NCBI GenBank assembly: GCA_977017645.1
Contig: OZ360222.1
Location: 225,928,001 to 225,992,000 of the forward strand
Length of the DNA: 64,000 bases
Direction of reading: 5' to 3'
From: Torpedo marmorata
Taxonomy: Eukaryota
Every line of letters starts with the position of its first letter. The first letter of the stretch is position 1. The notes under the pieces were generated by a model, which was not told the origin of the DNA, did no database searches, and saw only the letters and a program-made list of their open reading frames with translations. The position numbers and the translations under genes are program-made. Positions 50,625 through 62,800 of this stretch are shown here, piece after piece.

Positions 50625-50928
50625 TTTTTTTTTTATATTTTATTTTAAGTTTTTAAATTTTTCACAATAATACAAAATAGTACAAAATATATGACAGACA
50701 TTAATGAGTTCAATACAAACAAAATTCGTATTACCGTGATTCTAACCCCATCTCAACCCACCCTCACTAAAACAACCCACCCTCTACCCTTCCCATCCCT
50801 TACTCCCTCCCCTTACTAAAAATTAAGAAAAAAGAAGAAAGAGGAGAAGACATTGATATTTATCAAAAAAAACATCCGTACAGGTCCACGGCTCGGTGCG
50901 AGACATTCAAAAGTATTCATTCTTTAAT
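50625..50928 (-). mobile_element. L1-type 3'UTR/poly(A) fragment in the Gmr1 leader
   Basis: Poly(T) start, C-rich tract; TSD ATGGATTTTT near 50615 and 50929. Confidence 0.7.
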
Positions 50929-50945
50929 ATGGATTTTTAATTCAA

Positions 50946-50964
50946 ATCCAAGAATGAGCCCCCA
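50946..50964 (-). promoter_or_regulatory. PBS, tRNA-Pro-like
   Basis: Minus strand TGGGGGCTCATTCTTGGAT next to the 5' LTR; resembles tRNA-Pro PBS TGGGGGCTCGTCCGGGAT. Confidence 0.75.
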
Positions 50965-51113
50965 ATTTTGTTACAAATTCAAACCAGCAACAACAGAAGA
51001 CGCAATACAAAAGGGGTAAAATTGAAATTTATATTTATTAAAAACAATTAAACATATAATTTCACAACAATTAACCCCACTATAAACGTCTATAAACACT
51101 ATTCTTATCTAAA

Positions 51114-51176
<63 letters not shown>

Positions 51177-52415
51177 GCCCAGACCATTACAGTCTGTGCC
51201 CAACCCTCATGTAAAAATGGAAAAACTTTCCCCAAAAACCCTAGATCAGTCAAAAAAAAATAATACAGTCCACAAAAATTCACTCTCTATGTTCAGGGTT
51301 CAAATTCAGCTCTGTGTGCTGGCAAGCAGGACTTCTTAATGAACGTTGGAGAGAGACAATAACTGTTTATACTTACGAATACTTGGCTTGCTTTTCTTCT
51401 CTGATGACTTTCCCTTCTGGTGTTTTCACAAGGATTGCGAATTCAAATCCATTTTGGATTTAGGCATGTACTTGGATCTCACAGCCGGTTCCTCACAAAA
51501 GCTGTTCTCAACTCAGGATTCTGCCGAATCATCAGGCCTTGTTTTTCTCCCAGCCGTTTCCCCTGGGATGCACAAGCCTGGACTTTTCTGATTCAAGAGA
51601 CTCTGTGCTATTCTCCCAACTTCTTCTCTGGGATGCACAAGCCTGGATCCTGCTGAGTTCTCCCGCCTTTGCAACTCCAAAACTGCCACTGATTTAGTTT
51701 TCCACTTCAGACCTCACAGTAGAGAGAGAGTTTCTCTAGCTTTCTTCTTCCAAAGTTTCACACCAAGTAAGTTTCCACAGTTTGTCTCCCCCTGATATCT
51801 CTCTCTGGTAAATACAAGAAGTCCTGGGCAAGTTAACTCTTTCAGTACCAGGTCCCAGTGTATACTCCAAAAGACTTCATCCTTCCTGCTTACCGTCCGC
51901 AGTCCAAACTGTCAGTCATGGTCCATAACAGCACTACATTGGTAGAGAGGTACAAGACCTGAAGGTGTTGATTACAGGTTACACTATCTGTCATTTTCCC
52001 CAATGTTTTATGCCGGCTTGTATGTTCCTCAGCAGCAATGAAAGTCTAGAACTAGAAGGTCCCTTTTAATGGGATCCTGTTCTGAACACCATCTATCTCT
52101 ACTTTGAATGTCAGCCCCTTCATGAGCATTGACTTACCTTCAAGTACCTGTATCCTGCACACTTTTGCTAAATCATATTTCAACCTGATCAGACTGGCCT
52201 CTTTCTACTTTTCCATAACCATGGAGAATCTAACTGAATGTGCTCTGCAAGTGCCAGATTTCCCTCTTGCCCAACTTTGTCCCTGAAAATTAGGTCAAGC
52301 TTCCCCAACCAATGCAATCATCTCATTAGATTTTAAAATATTTTCCTGAAATCATTTCAAAAAGTTTAATCCTTTGCTGGTGTGATCCCATTTAATGTTA
52401 GAGTAGTTGAAATCC

Positions 52416-53553
52416 CCACCTCGAAAACAGCAATTCATACATACGGCTGCTTTTCATCGACTACAGCTCGGCCTTCAATACCATTATTCCCTCAGTGCTG
52501 GTCAAGAAGCTACAAACTCTAGGCCTCTGTACCCCACTCTGCAACTGGATCCTTGACTTTCTCATCGGAAGACCACAGTCAGTACGAATTGGAAACATCG
52601 TCTCCTCCTCACTGATTATCAACACAGGCGCACCCCAAGGATGTGTGCTTAGCCCACTGCTCTACTCATACACCCTTGACTGTGTGGCCAGGCGCAATTC
52701 CAATGCCATCTACAAGTTTGCCGATGACACCACAGTTGTCGGCAGAGACACAAACGGCAATGAGGAAGCATACAGGAGGGAGATAGATCAGATCGTTGAA
52801 TGGCGTAACGAGAACAACCTTGCGCTCAACGTCAGCAAAACAAAGGAGATGATTGTGGACTTCAGGAGGAAGTCAGGGGAACACGACCCAGTCCTCATCG
52901 AGGGCTCAGTAGTGGAGATGGTCAAGAACCTCAAATTCCTGGGTGTCAACATCTCCGAGGATCTGTCCTGGAGCCTCCACGTTGATGCAATCACAAAGAA
53001 GGCTCGCCAGTGGCTACACTTTGTGAGGTGTCTGAGGAGATTCGGTATGTCGCCGAAGACTTTCGTAAACTTCTACAGGTGTACCGTGGAGAGCATTCTG
53101 GCTGGTTGCATCACTGCCTGGTATGGAGGCGCCAACTCTCAGGACAAGAATAAACTCCAGAGGGTTGTTAACTCGGCCTGTGACATCACAGGCACCAGGC
53201 TTCACTCCATCGAGGACATCTACATGAGGCGGTGTCTTTAAAAAGCAGCCTCTATCCTCAAAGACCCCCACCACCCAGGCCATGCCCTCTTAACTCTGCT
53301 AACATCGGGAAAAAGGTACAGGAGCCTAAAGACGAGCACTCAGCAGCACAAGGACAACTTCTTCCCCGCTGCCATCAGATTCCTAAATAATCAATGAACC
53401 AAAGACACTGACTTACTTTTCGTGCACTATTATTTATATATATTTTTTATAGTAATGTTGTAAGATGGTTATAATATGAATGTTTGCACTATGATGCTGC
53501 CGCAAAACACCGAATTTCATGACTTGTTCATGACAATAAATTCTGATTCTGAT
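52416..53553 (+). mobile_element. Rex1/Babar LINE, 5'-truncated RT
   Basis: [26 protein letters not shown]; AATAAA plus (TTCTGA)n tail. Confidence 0.92.
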
Positions 53554-54029
53554 ATATCCACCTTATTATCTTTGCAGAACTCAGAAATTTGCCTCCATGT
53601 TTGTTCTTCTGAGTGTTCGGAATGCATTAGGACATTCTCGTTCGAGTGATGGCTTCTCTTTTGCTCCTTAATTTAATGTAGTGGTATTGACAAGTGAAGG
53701 TAAAAGGCAACCATTCATGATGTGAAGGATGGCATGGAAATAAGGCAAATGTTGGTTAAACAGGTCAGCTTCACTTTCATTATCAGTTGTACAAAACTCT
53801 TCCACATTCAGAAAGGGGAGTGATGGGATTACTACCTGGCTTTGGAAACACTTACAGTTGCCCTGAAGAGATGCAATCAAATACGTTTAGTAAATGTGGC
53901 TTATTATTGGTTCAACTAACTAGACATCCTCATAATTAATCAAACGTAATTGGTATGGCACATTGCTGCCTGAGTCTTTAATTGTGAAGGATTAATCACA
54001 TGCAATAAAGAGTGAGAACTTGCAAAACA

Positions 54030-54722
54030 TGTAAACACATGTCCAGTCATAACACACACATATAGACAAATGATACATTTGGAGAACGTCTACACAGGTA
54101 GATATATAAAAATAAATAAATATTGTCAAATAAATAGTAGAGTCTCAGAGATTTTGTATGAGCAGTTCATTCAGTGGTTCAGCAGTCTCACTGCCCATGG
54201 GGAGAAACTATTTCTCAGCCTGGTGATTCTGGCTCTGATACTCCTGTACCTCTTTCCTGATGTGAGTAGCTGAAAGATGCTGTGTGCAGGGTGGTAAGGC
54301 TCCTCAACAATTTTGAGAGCCCTCTTCAAACAACGATCCCGGGAGACCCCAGTGATCCTCTCTGCCGCACTCATGGTCCAGTGGATTGACCTCCATTCCA
54401 ATACTCTACTGCAACCGCACCATACTGTGATGCAGCCGGCCAGGACACTCTCGATAGAGCTCCTGCAGAAGGTTGACAGGATGGTGGCCGGTAGCCTTGC
54501 CCGCCTCAGTCATCTCAGGAAGTGCAGTTGCTGTTGCACCTTCCTGACAAGTGAGGTGATGTTGTATGTCCAGGATAGGTCACTTCTTAAGTAAACTCCG
54601 AGGAACTTAGTGCACTTTACTCTCTCCACTACCGAGCTATTAATGTGAAGTGGAGGTTGTCGTCCCTGGTTCTCCTGAAGTCCACAATTATCTCTTTGCC
54701 TTGTCCACATTGAGACTCAGGT
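54030..54722 (-). mobile_element. Rex1/Babar 3' fragment
   Basis: KFLGVYLRSDLSW, LTSGKRYRSIRARITRLRNSF on the minus strand. Confidence 0.85.
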
Positions 54723-55178
54723 TCAATCGGACTCAGTACTGACTGCACAGAATTTAGTTTACTTATTCTTTCATTCATTTCCAGATGTCATAACTTGATG
54801 CATTCTCTTCAGGATCAACCACATTCTGATACTTGCAAAACAAATGAATTTTGTGTGCAGTCGTATTCTCCCTCTACCTACTTATTTTGCAAGTTACATG
54901 AGAGCAAACAGATAACAATCACTGACACCATAATGCATGTTGCACATATAAAGATGAATCTTTGAATCTGAAGCATAGCTTTGACATCACATTTTTGACT
55001 GCTCACATCTCACTACAGGGTCCCACATCTTCTAGTGATGACAGCCTTCGAACATGTGTGCCTCCAAGCACATTATTGATCAAAAAGAGCTTGGCAGAAT
55101 GTAGTGCTTGTGACTATGATGAGGGTGGTCCTTCGCTCACCATTTGTTGTCAATCCTGGCTCTCGTGATGCTTTAAAT

Positions 55179-55355
55179 CAGGGGTGGCCAACCTTTTAAT
55201 TTTTAATTTAGACATACAGCACGGTAACAGGCCATTTTGGCCCACAACTACGTACCGGGGGTGTAGGTTAATTGGGCAGAATGGACAAGTGGGCCAAAAT
55301 GGCCTGTTACCATGCTGTATGTCTAAACTAAAAATTAAAAGGTTGGCCACCCCTG
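55179..55355. mobile_element. Palindromic hAT MITE built from inverted SINE tails
   Basis: TIR CAGGGGTGGCCAACC; 8-bp TSD CTTTAAAT; arms match the V-SINE 3' tail. Confidence 0.9.
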
Positions 55356-56749
55356 CTTTAAATAATGGTGTACAACCATTCATATTCAGCCAGTTGGTGT
55401 AAGTTCAAGTCAAGTTTATTGTCATCTGATTGCACAAGTACAACCCAACAAAATAGCGTTCTCCAGTCCACAGTGCAAAACACACAACCAGACGTAACTC
55501 ACATACAGACAAGCATTGATATATACAAATGTGGTAACCTCTACTTTGAAAAAGGACCACTCGACAACTTCAAGCTCAAAAGAACAACTTTACATGGAAC
55601 AGCAAAACTATACAGAGACTTGTTTTCGCCCTCTGGCCACACACAGCATGGCCTGCAAGCTATATACAAGGCACACAGGAAGTAAAGAAGACAGACAGGA
55701 AGTAAAACCCCTCCCAGCCTCACTTTAAAAACAGCTCTCCCCCCCACCTTAAACACTGACAACACTGCTCCCCCTGTAAGAGGTTTAGTTACTTAACTTG
55801 GTCACGGCACTCTGATGGTCTCGGCAGGTTTCGGAGGAGACGTGGAGGTTGGTGGGCCGTGCTGGGCCTATTTAGTGCTCTGCACATGCGCAGTGGGGGA
55901 GTGGCTGGAGCATGCGCAGTTGGGAAGTGACGGCAGTATGCGCGGTGGAGTATGCGCGGTGAAATATGTTCAGTGAGCATGTGTGAATTGGGGAAGAAAG
56001 TATAGAAAAAGATGGCGACAAAGGAGGGTGAGTGAGATTGCTATATCTTTCATTGACCGTTTCATTGAACGTTTAAAGACATTTAAAGGAATTGTTTAAA
56101 GGAATAATTTAAAGGAATTTATTAAGCATTGTTATCAAGAATTGTTTATATTTCATTAAAGAAGATATTAAGTCATTGAAGATTGCTACAAGTCACGTGT
56201 GTAAATAAAGTTTTTTAAACCAATTGGACTTGTTAGTAAATTAATTGAAACGCGTCAAGAACAAATGTCTCACCTAGCCTCCAAGTGACTATTTGTTGGA
56301 TTGAAGTCACTATATTTTATTCAATGAAAGTGGCTGTTTGGAACAGAAAATTGAAGGAAAGAAGATATAATAATCTCTCTGTGCTTTGGACTGATATTTA
56401 AAATAAAATGACGGCCATCTTGGAGATGCCTCGGGTTAGGGGCAGTTTGAATAACAGCCAGAGAGGGATTTAGAGCTTCAAATCTTATAGTAAAGTGTAC
56501 TATAAATACGTTGGAGAAATCATTTTTGGAAAATCAGCGATATTATTGACGGATGTTGTGGTTGAAACTCGTTTGTGAATAGCAGCACATTACAGCCATC
56601 TGAAGTGGTAGGCATAAGTCTGTAGACTCCTTCTGTGTATCTTTGGCAAGTTAGAACACAGATTGGATTTGCTGCCGCTAGTCCATTGGGGATTGTTGAT
56701 TTGGCTAGTGTTGTGTATGCTTGAAGGAGAGTGGAACAAGTCGAGTAAA

Positions 56750-56860
56750 ATGGCCGCAGCAGCCTCTGATACAGCGGCAGCTGACGCAGCAATCGCTGAT
56801 GTTGCTGTTAAGGACCAACATATTGAAAACATGAAGGTTGCGGATATTAAAGAAGAATTA
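56750..56860 (+). pseudogene. Probable gag N-terminus with SAP-like motif (MAAAASD...IENMKVADIKEEL), cut by CR1
   Basis: ATG in good context (AAAATGG); KVADIKEEL resembles SAP helix 1; truncated at the CR1 tail. Confidence 0.5.
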
Positions 56861-57836
56861 GACAATAGACAATAGACAATAGGAGCTGGAGTAGGCCCTT
56901 CGGCCCGTCGAGCCAGCACCGCCATTTTACAGATCATGGCTGATCGCTACTATCAGTACCCCTTTCCAGCCTTATCCCCATAACCCTTAACTCCCCTGCC
57001 CACTAGAGTCTTATCTAACTCTCTTTCGAACATAATCAGCGAATCTGCCTCTACCACCCTCTGTGGCAAAGCATTCCACAGATTCACACTTCTCTGGGTA
57101 AAAACATTTTTTCTCATCTCCGTCCTAAAGGGCCTTCCCTGTATTCTTAAACTATGCCCTCTAGTCCTCATCTCTCCCATCATTGGGAACAAGTAATCTG
57201 ATTCCACACTGTCTATCCCCTTGATAATCTTGTATACCTCAATCATGTCCCCCCTCATCCTTCTAAATTCCATCGGATATAAGCCCAGTTTTTCTAAGCT
57301 TTCAGCATATGTCAATCCTGCCATCCCTGGAACTAACCTTGTAAATTTGCACTGCACACCCTCTACAGCTAGTATGTCCTTCCTCAAATTTGGGGACCGG
57401 AACTGGACACAATACTCCAGGTGAGGTCTCACCAGGGCCCTGTACAACTGCAGGAGGGCATCTCTGCTCCTATACTCCAATCCCCTCTTTATGAAAGCCA
57501 ACATGCCATTTGCCTTCTTCACAGCTTTCTGAACCTGCATGTTAGCCTTCAGTGACCGGTGAACAAGTACACCCAGATCCATTTGCACTTCCCCACTCCC
57601 TAGCTTGTCTCCATTTAAATAATACTCAGCTTTCCTATTACTGCCCCCAAAATGGATAACCTCACATTTGCTCACATTGAACTTCATCTTCCATTCCTCA
57701 GCCCACTCCCCCAACCTGTCCAAGTCCCTCTGCATTTTCCTGACATCCTCCTCACACTTTACACCACCACCCAGTTTAGTGTCGTCTGCAAATTTGCTCA
57801 TGTTATTAATAATCCCTTCATCCAAATCATTTACAT
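56860..57836 (-). mobile_element. CR1 LINE, 5'-truncated, open 290-aa RT C-terminus
   Basis: KFADDTKL, LYRALVRPHLEYCVQF, TRGHSLR; (CTATTGT)n tail. Confidence 0.93.
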
Positions 57837-59677
57837 AAACAAGTCACGTGTGTAAATAAAGTTTTTTAAACATATTGGACTTGTTAGTAAATTAATTGAA
57901 ACGCATCAAGAACAAGTGTCTCACCTCGCCTTCAAGTGACTATTTGTTGGATTGAAGTCACTATACCCCCCTTAAAATCCAACATGCCCCAAATATAAAA
58001 GAACAATGGTGTCATGAGCTTGCATACTCCTAAAACTTATAATAACGTCTCAGCAACAATTTAATAATACAAAAACATCTAAAAAACGTGGCAGATTCCA
58101 CTTTCAGTCTATTAAAAAAACTGTCCAATCAAAGATCCAGTCTGTCAGGAGGTTTGTGAGTGCGCTGTGATCTGCTCACTAACCCCGATGACCCAGCAGG
58201 CACCGCTGATGAAGGTGTTTTGGGTGGATCTGGTGTTGGGGGCATATGAGGGGTCTGTGCGTCCATGTGGGAATGTCCATCCTCTTCAGGGGACTCAGAC
58301 CCCTCTGCCAGCGTCTGGCAAAGTCACTGGGGAACACACTTCCACAGTAGTCTGTCTCACCATTGGAAACTCCATGGAACTGTCCGTCTCTGAGTATGTA
58401 TCATGACACAAGCGCACATGGTCCTGATGTCTGCGGAAAACACGTCCATCAGTCAGATTAACAACATAGGAGACAGGCCCACTCTGCTTAAGAATAACCC
58501 CGGGTAGCCATTGCTGATTGTTTTTCACATAGACATTGTCATCTGGTTTTAACTGTCCCTCCTGCTTTCTCTCCACTCTTGCCTTCATGTCCGGGCGCAG
58601 CAGGTCCAATCTTGACTTGGGCCTACGCCCCATCAGCTTCTCCGCTGGAGTGCGTGCAGTTGTAGTCTGCGGAGCAAGGCGGTATTTAAACAAGAAATGT
58701 GAAAGCCTGATGCTAGGAGAGTCCCCTGTCATCCTCTTCAGGTCTTCCTTCACTGTCTGAACCGCCCGCTCAGCCAAACCATTTGAGGCTGGGAGGAAAG
58801 GGGCCGTCCGAATGTGATGAATGCCATTCTGCTGCATAAACTCACTGAACAGCTCACTGGTAAATGTCGGGCCATTATCAGTGACCAGAGTGTCAGGCAA
58901 CCCCTGGACTGCAAACACTTGCCTGAGTTTGTCTATGGTTGAGTGGGCTGGAATGTTGCCAATGATGTGAGCTTCTATCCATTTGGAATGTGCATCCACC
59001 ATTACTAGAAACATCTGCCCCATAAAAGGGCCAGCAAAGTCCAAATGTAGCCTAGACCAGGGTCGGTCTGGCCATTCCCATGGGTGCAAAGGAGCTGCTA
59101 GTGGCATTTTCTGATTGATCTGACATTGCGTGCATGATTTTACCTTGTTCTCCAGATCCTGATCCATTCTTGGCCACCAGACGTAGGATCTTGCAAGACT
59201 TTTCGTTCGAGACACCCCTGGATGAGTCTCATGAACTTCCTCCACAATCTTTGAATGGCCAGAGGGTGGCATGATGACCATCGCCCCCCCAGAAAATGCA
59301 GCCATCTTGCAGACTCAATTCTATCTTACGTTTGGCATAAGGCTTCAGTTCCTCTCCTTCCACAATAGTGGGCCATCCTTTTAAAAGGAAAGTCTTGACT
59401 TGAGACAGGACTGAGTCCCTCTCTGTCCACTGCTTTATCTGAGTCGCCTTTACAGATGTCTCTGACAGCCTCTCCAATGAAAACACCGTCTCTGGAGGCA
59501 CATATGTCATATCCGGTGTCTCAGGTAAAGGTAGACGACTCAGCGCATCGGCATTTGCATTATCCCCACCTTCTCTGTACACAATAGTGTACTGGTAGGC
59601 TGACAATGTGAGAGCCCAGCGCTGTATCCTAGCTTTAAACTGGCTGTATATGAATGGCTATACACCATTATTTAAAT

Positions 59678-59844
59678 CAGGGGTGGCCAACCTTTTAATT
59701 TTTAATTTTTAATTTAGACATACAGCACGGTAACAGGCCATTTTGACACACGAGTCCTTGCCGCCCAATTAACCTACACCCCCAGTACGTACTTGTAGGC
59801 CAAAATGGCCTGTTACCGTGCTGTATGTCTAAATTAAAAAATAA
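59678..59844. mobile_element. Second copy of the SINE-derived hAT MITE, interrupted by a Gmr1 LTR
   Basis: CAGGGGTGGCCAACC start and same palindromic arms; inverted relative to the 55179 copy. Confidence 0.85.
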
Positions 59845-62800
59845 TGTTACAAAATCAAACCAGCAACGACAGAAGACGCAATGCAAAAGGGGTAAAATTG
59901 AAATTATTATTTATTAAACACAAGTAAACATATAATTTCACAACAATTAACCCCACTATAAACGTCTATAAACTCTATTCTTATCTAAAAGGTGTGTGTG
60001 TGTGTAAAGCCCAGACAATTACAGTCTGTGCCCAACCCTAATGTAAAAATGGAAAAACTTTCCCCAAAAACCCCAGGTCAGTCATAAAAAAAAACAAGTC
60101 AGTCAAAAAAACAAAAGAATAATTCAGTCCACAAGATTCACTCTCTAAGTTCAGGCTTCAATTCAGCTCTGGGTCTGGTAGAAGTACTTCTGAATGAACG
60201 TTGGAGAGAGACAATGACTGTTATGCTTACAAATACTTGTTTTCTTCTCTGATGACGTCCCCTTCTTGTAGGTTCATAAGGATTGCAAGTTCCAGATCAG
60301 TATACCACTGATTTAGGCGTATGCTTGAATATCACAGCTAGTCTCGCTGATCTCACGCCTGTTCTCCACAGAAGTTGCTTTTTCTCAGAATTTCTCTCTG
60401 AGACAGGAGGCCATGTGCTATTCTGTCAGTCTTTCTCTGACTTTTGCACACGCGTGGATTTGGCTGTGTCTTGTAGCCTTGCAACTCACAACTGTGTCTG
60501 CTTTGCAGAGATCTGCCCCTGCTTTTTGCAAAAGTGAAACAAATGTATCTTATCCAGTCTGTGTCTCTTTCTCTGGTCTCTCTCTGTCTGGGTACACCAA
60601 GAGTGCAACAATGTATCTTGTCTGGGTACACCAAGTAGCTGGGGAAGTTAACTCTTTCAGTACCTGGCCCCAGTGTATACTCCAAAAGACTTCATCCTTC
60701 CTGCTGACCGTCTGCAGTCCAAATGGTCAGTCATGGTCCATAATACCTCCCACCCACAAAGGAAATTTTGGTCTGCAAGAACAAAATTTAGGAAAGTAAT
60801 TGAGGTGTCAGAATATAAACAAAATCTACAATGTTCATCCACAAATACAAAATATGAACTATTTTCATTGATAAAGTTTAACATCTAGAAAGACAATCAG
60901 CAATTACATTATCTTTCCCTTTTATATGAGTGATTACCAAATTATATTCTTGCAAAATTAGACTCCAATTCAACAACTGTCGATTCTTTTTTTTCATTTT
61001 ACAAAGAAAAACCAATGGATTATGGTCAGTATACACTATGAGTGGTTTTTGAGCTGTACAGATATACACATCAAAGTGTTGTAGAGCCAACACAAGAGCC
61101 AACAACTCTTTCTCTATAGTTGAATAATTCCTTTGATGATCATTGAACTTCTTCGAGAAGTAGGATACCGGATGTTCAATGTCCTCTTCGTTCTTCTTCT
61201 GTAACAGCACCGCACCCACAGCTTCATCGCTGGCATCCACGGCTAAAGAAAACAACTGTTCTAAATTAGGTGACTTAAGCACAGGTTGGTGGCATAACAT
61301 GGCTTTCAATTTGACAAATGCTTCCTGACAACCTGTTGACCATACAAATTTCTCTTTCTTTCTAAGCAAATTTGTGAGAGGGAGCGCAAGATCAGCAAAG
61401 TTTTTACAGAACTTGCGGTAGTAGCCAATCATTCCCAGGAACCTCCTCAGATTTTTCTTACCAGTTGGAACAGGGAACTCGGAAATAGCGACAACCTTTG
61501 CCTCTACTGGCGTCAACTGCCCCTGTCCTACTACATAACCCAGATAAATAACAGTAGCATGTCCAAACTCACTTTTACTTAAATTAACTGTGAGTTTTGC
61601 TTTGGACAATCGTTCAATCAATAGTTTTAGCTCAAAGACATGCTCTTCCCAGGTCTCACTACTTACAATTAAATCATCAATGTAAGCACCTGTGTTTTTC
61701 AACCCTTGAATCACTGAATTAATCATTCTCTGAAATGTTCCTGGAGCATTCTTCATACCAAAAGGCATAACATTATACTCATAAAGCCCAAAAGGTGTTA
61801 CGAATGCAGAAATCTCCCTAGCCCTTCTTGTCAAAGGAACACACCAGTATCCTTTTAATAAGTCAATTTTTGTAAGAAATTTGGCCTTCCCCACCTTGTC
61901 TATACAATCATCTATTCTAGGAATAGGATAAGCATCTGTCTTGGTTACAGCATTTACTTTCCTATAATCAGTACAAAACCTAACCGTTCCATCAGGCTTC
62001 GGCATTAGAACACAAGGGGAACTCCAATTGGAAGTAGACTTTCGAATAATATTGTTCTTTACCATGTAGTCAATTTCCTGATCTACCAGTTTGCACTTTT
62101 CCGCATTGATTCGATAGGGATGCTGTTTTATCGGTCTTGCATCCCCTACATCCACATCATGATAAGCGATGGAAATTTTCTGAGGCACATCAGGAAATAA
62201 ACTTATAAATTTTAAAAATAACTGACTCATCTCTTCCTTTTCTGAAGTTTTCAGATGAGCCAACTTTGTCTCCAGATTGCGCAAAATCATGGAATTTTCT
62301 AACCTCGGACTTATCAATTTCTGTGTCCCATGACCCTCTCTGAAACTGGTTTCATCTGTCTCCTCCTTACCCTGATCAATAACCAGTACCTCTGATACAT
62401 TTTCAGTCCCTTTGTGTGGCACCTGTTCAAAATATGGCTTAATCATATTCACATGGCAGACCTGTGTGTCTCGTCTGCGATTAGGTGTTTCTATGACATA
62501 GGTGACATCATTAATTTTTGACTTAACTCTATAGGGTCCTGAAAATCTAGCCCTAAGATGATTTGAATGGATGGGAAACAGAACTAATACGTTCTCACCA
62601 GGTTTAAAAGTTCTCATCTTTGCCTTTCGATCATACCAAACCTTCATTCTCTGTTGAGTGGCCTTTAAATTCTCCTTTGCCATCTCAACAGCCCTATGCA
62701 ATCGATCCTTAAATTTGGAAACATAATCTAACAGATTTAAATGCACATCACGATTAATCCACTGTTCTTTTAATAATCTTAAAGGACCTCTCACCTCATG

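Larger units (their letters stand above)
45612..51930 (-). mobile_element. Complete Gmr1-like LTR retrotransposon (gag-PR-IN-[RT deleted]-RH), defective
   Basis: 5' LTR 50969-51930, 3' LTR 45612-46557, TSD GCAC, PPT (minus) GTGGGTGGGAGG, PBS; integrase upstream of RT/RH. Confidence 0.95.
55775..57965 (+). mobile_element. LTR element with TG...TA termini: 5' LTR 55775-56314, leader and gag start, partial 3' LTR ~57838-57965
   Basis: TSD CCCCC at 55770-55774 and 57966-57970; both LTR ends GTCACTATA; solo copy at 17447. Confidence 0.85.
55530..59632 (-). mobile_element. 5'-truncated Gypsy (Mag-like) element: RH end, integrase, PPT, 3' LTR 55530-55764
   Basis: ORFs 59229-59606 (NADALSRLP) and 58295-59305 (HETHPG, CTQC, LDFAGPF, TDNG, AERAV); LTR TG...CA; PPT split by the 55775-57965 insertion. 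Confidence 0.88.

Noticed and set aside
43064-53553. Rex 5' half (-) and Rex 3' half (+) as one inverted element
   Set aside because: Not contiguous in the ORF, no shared TSD, and the 5' end points toward the other piece; Rex fragments are common here
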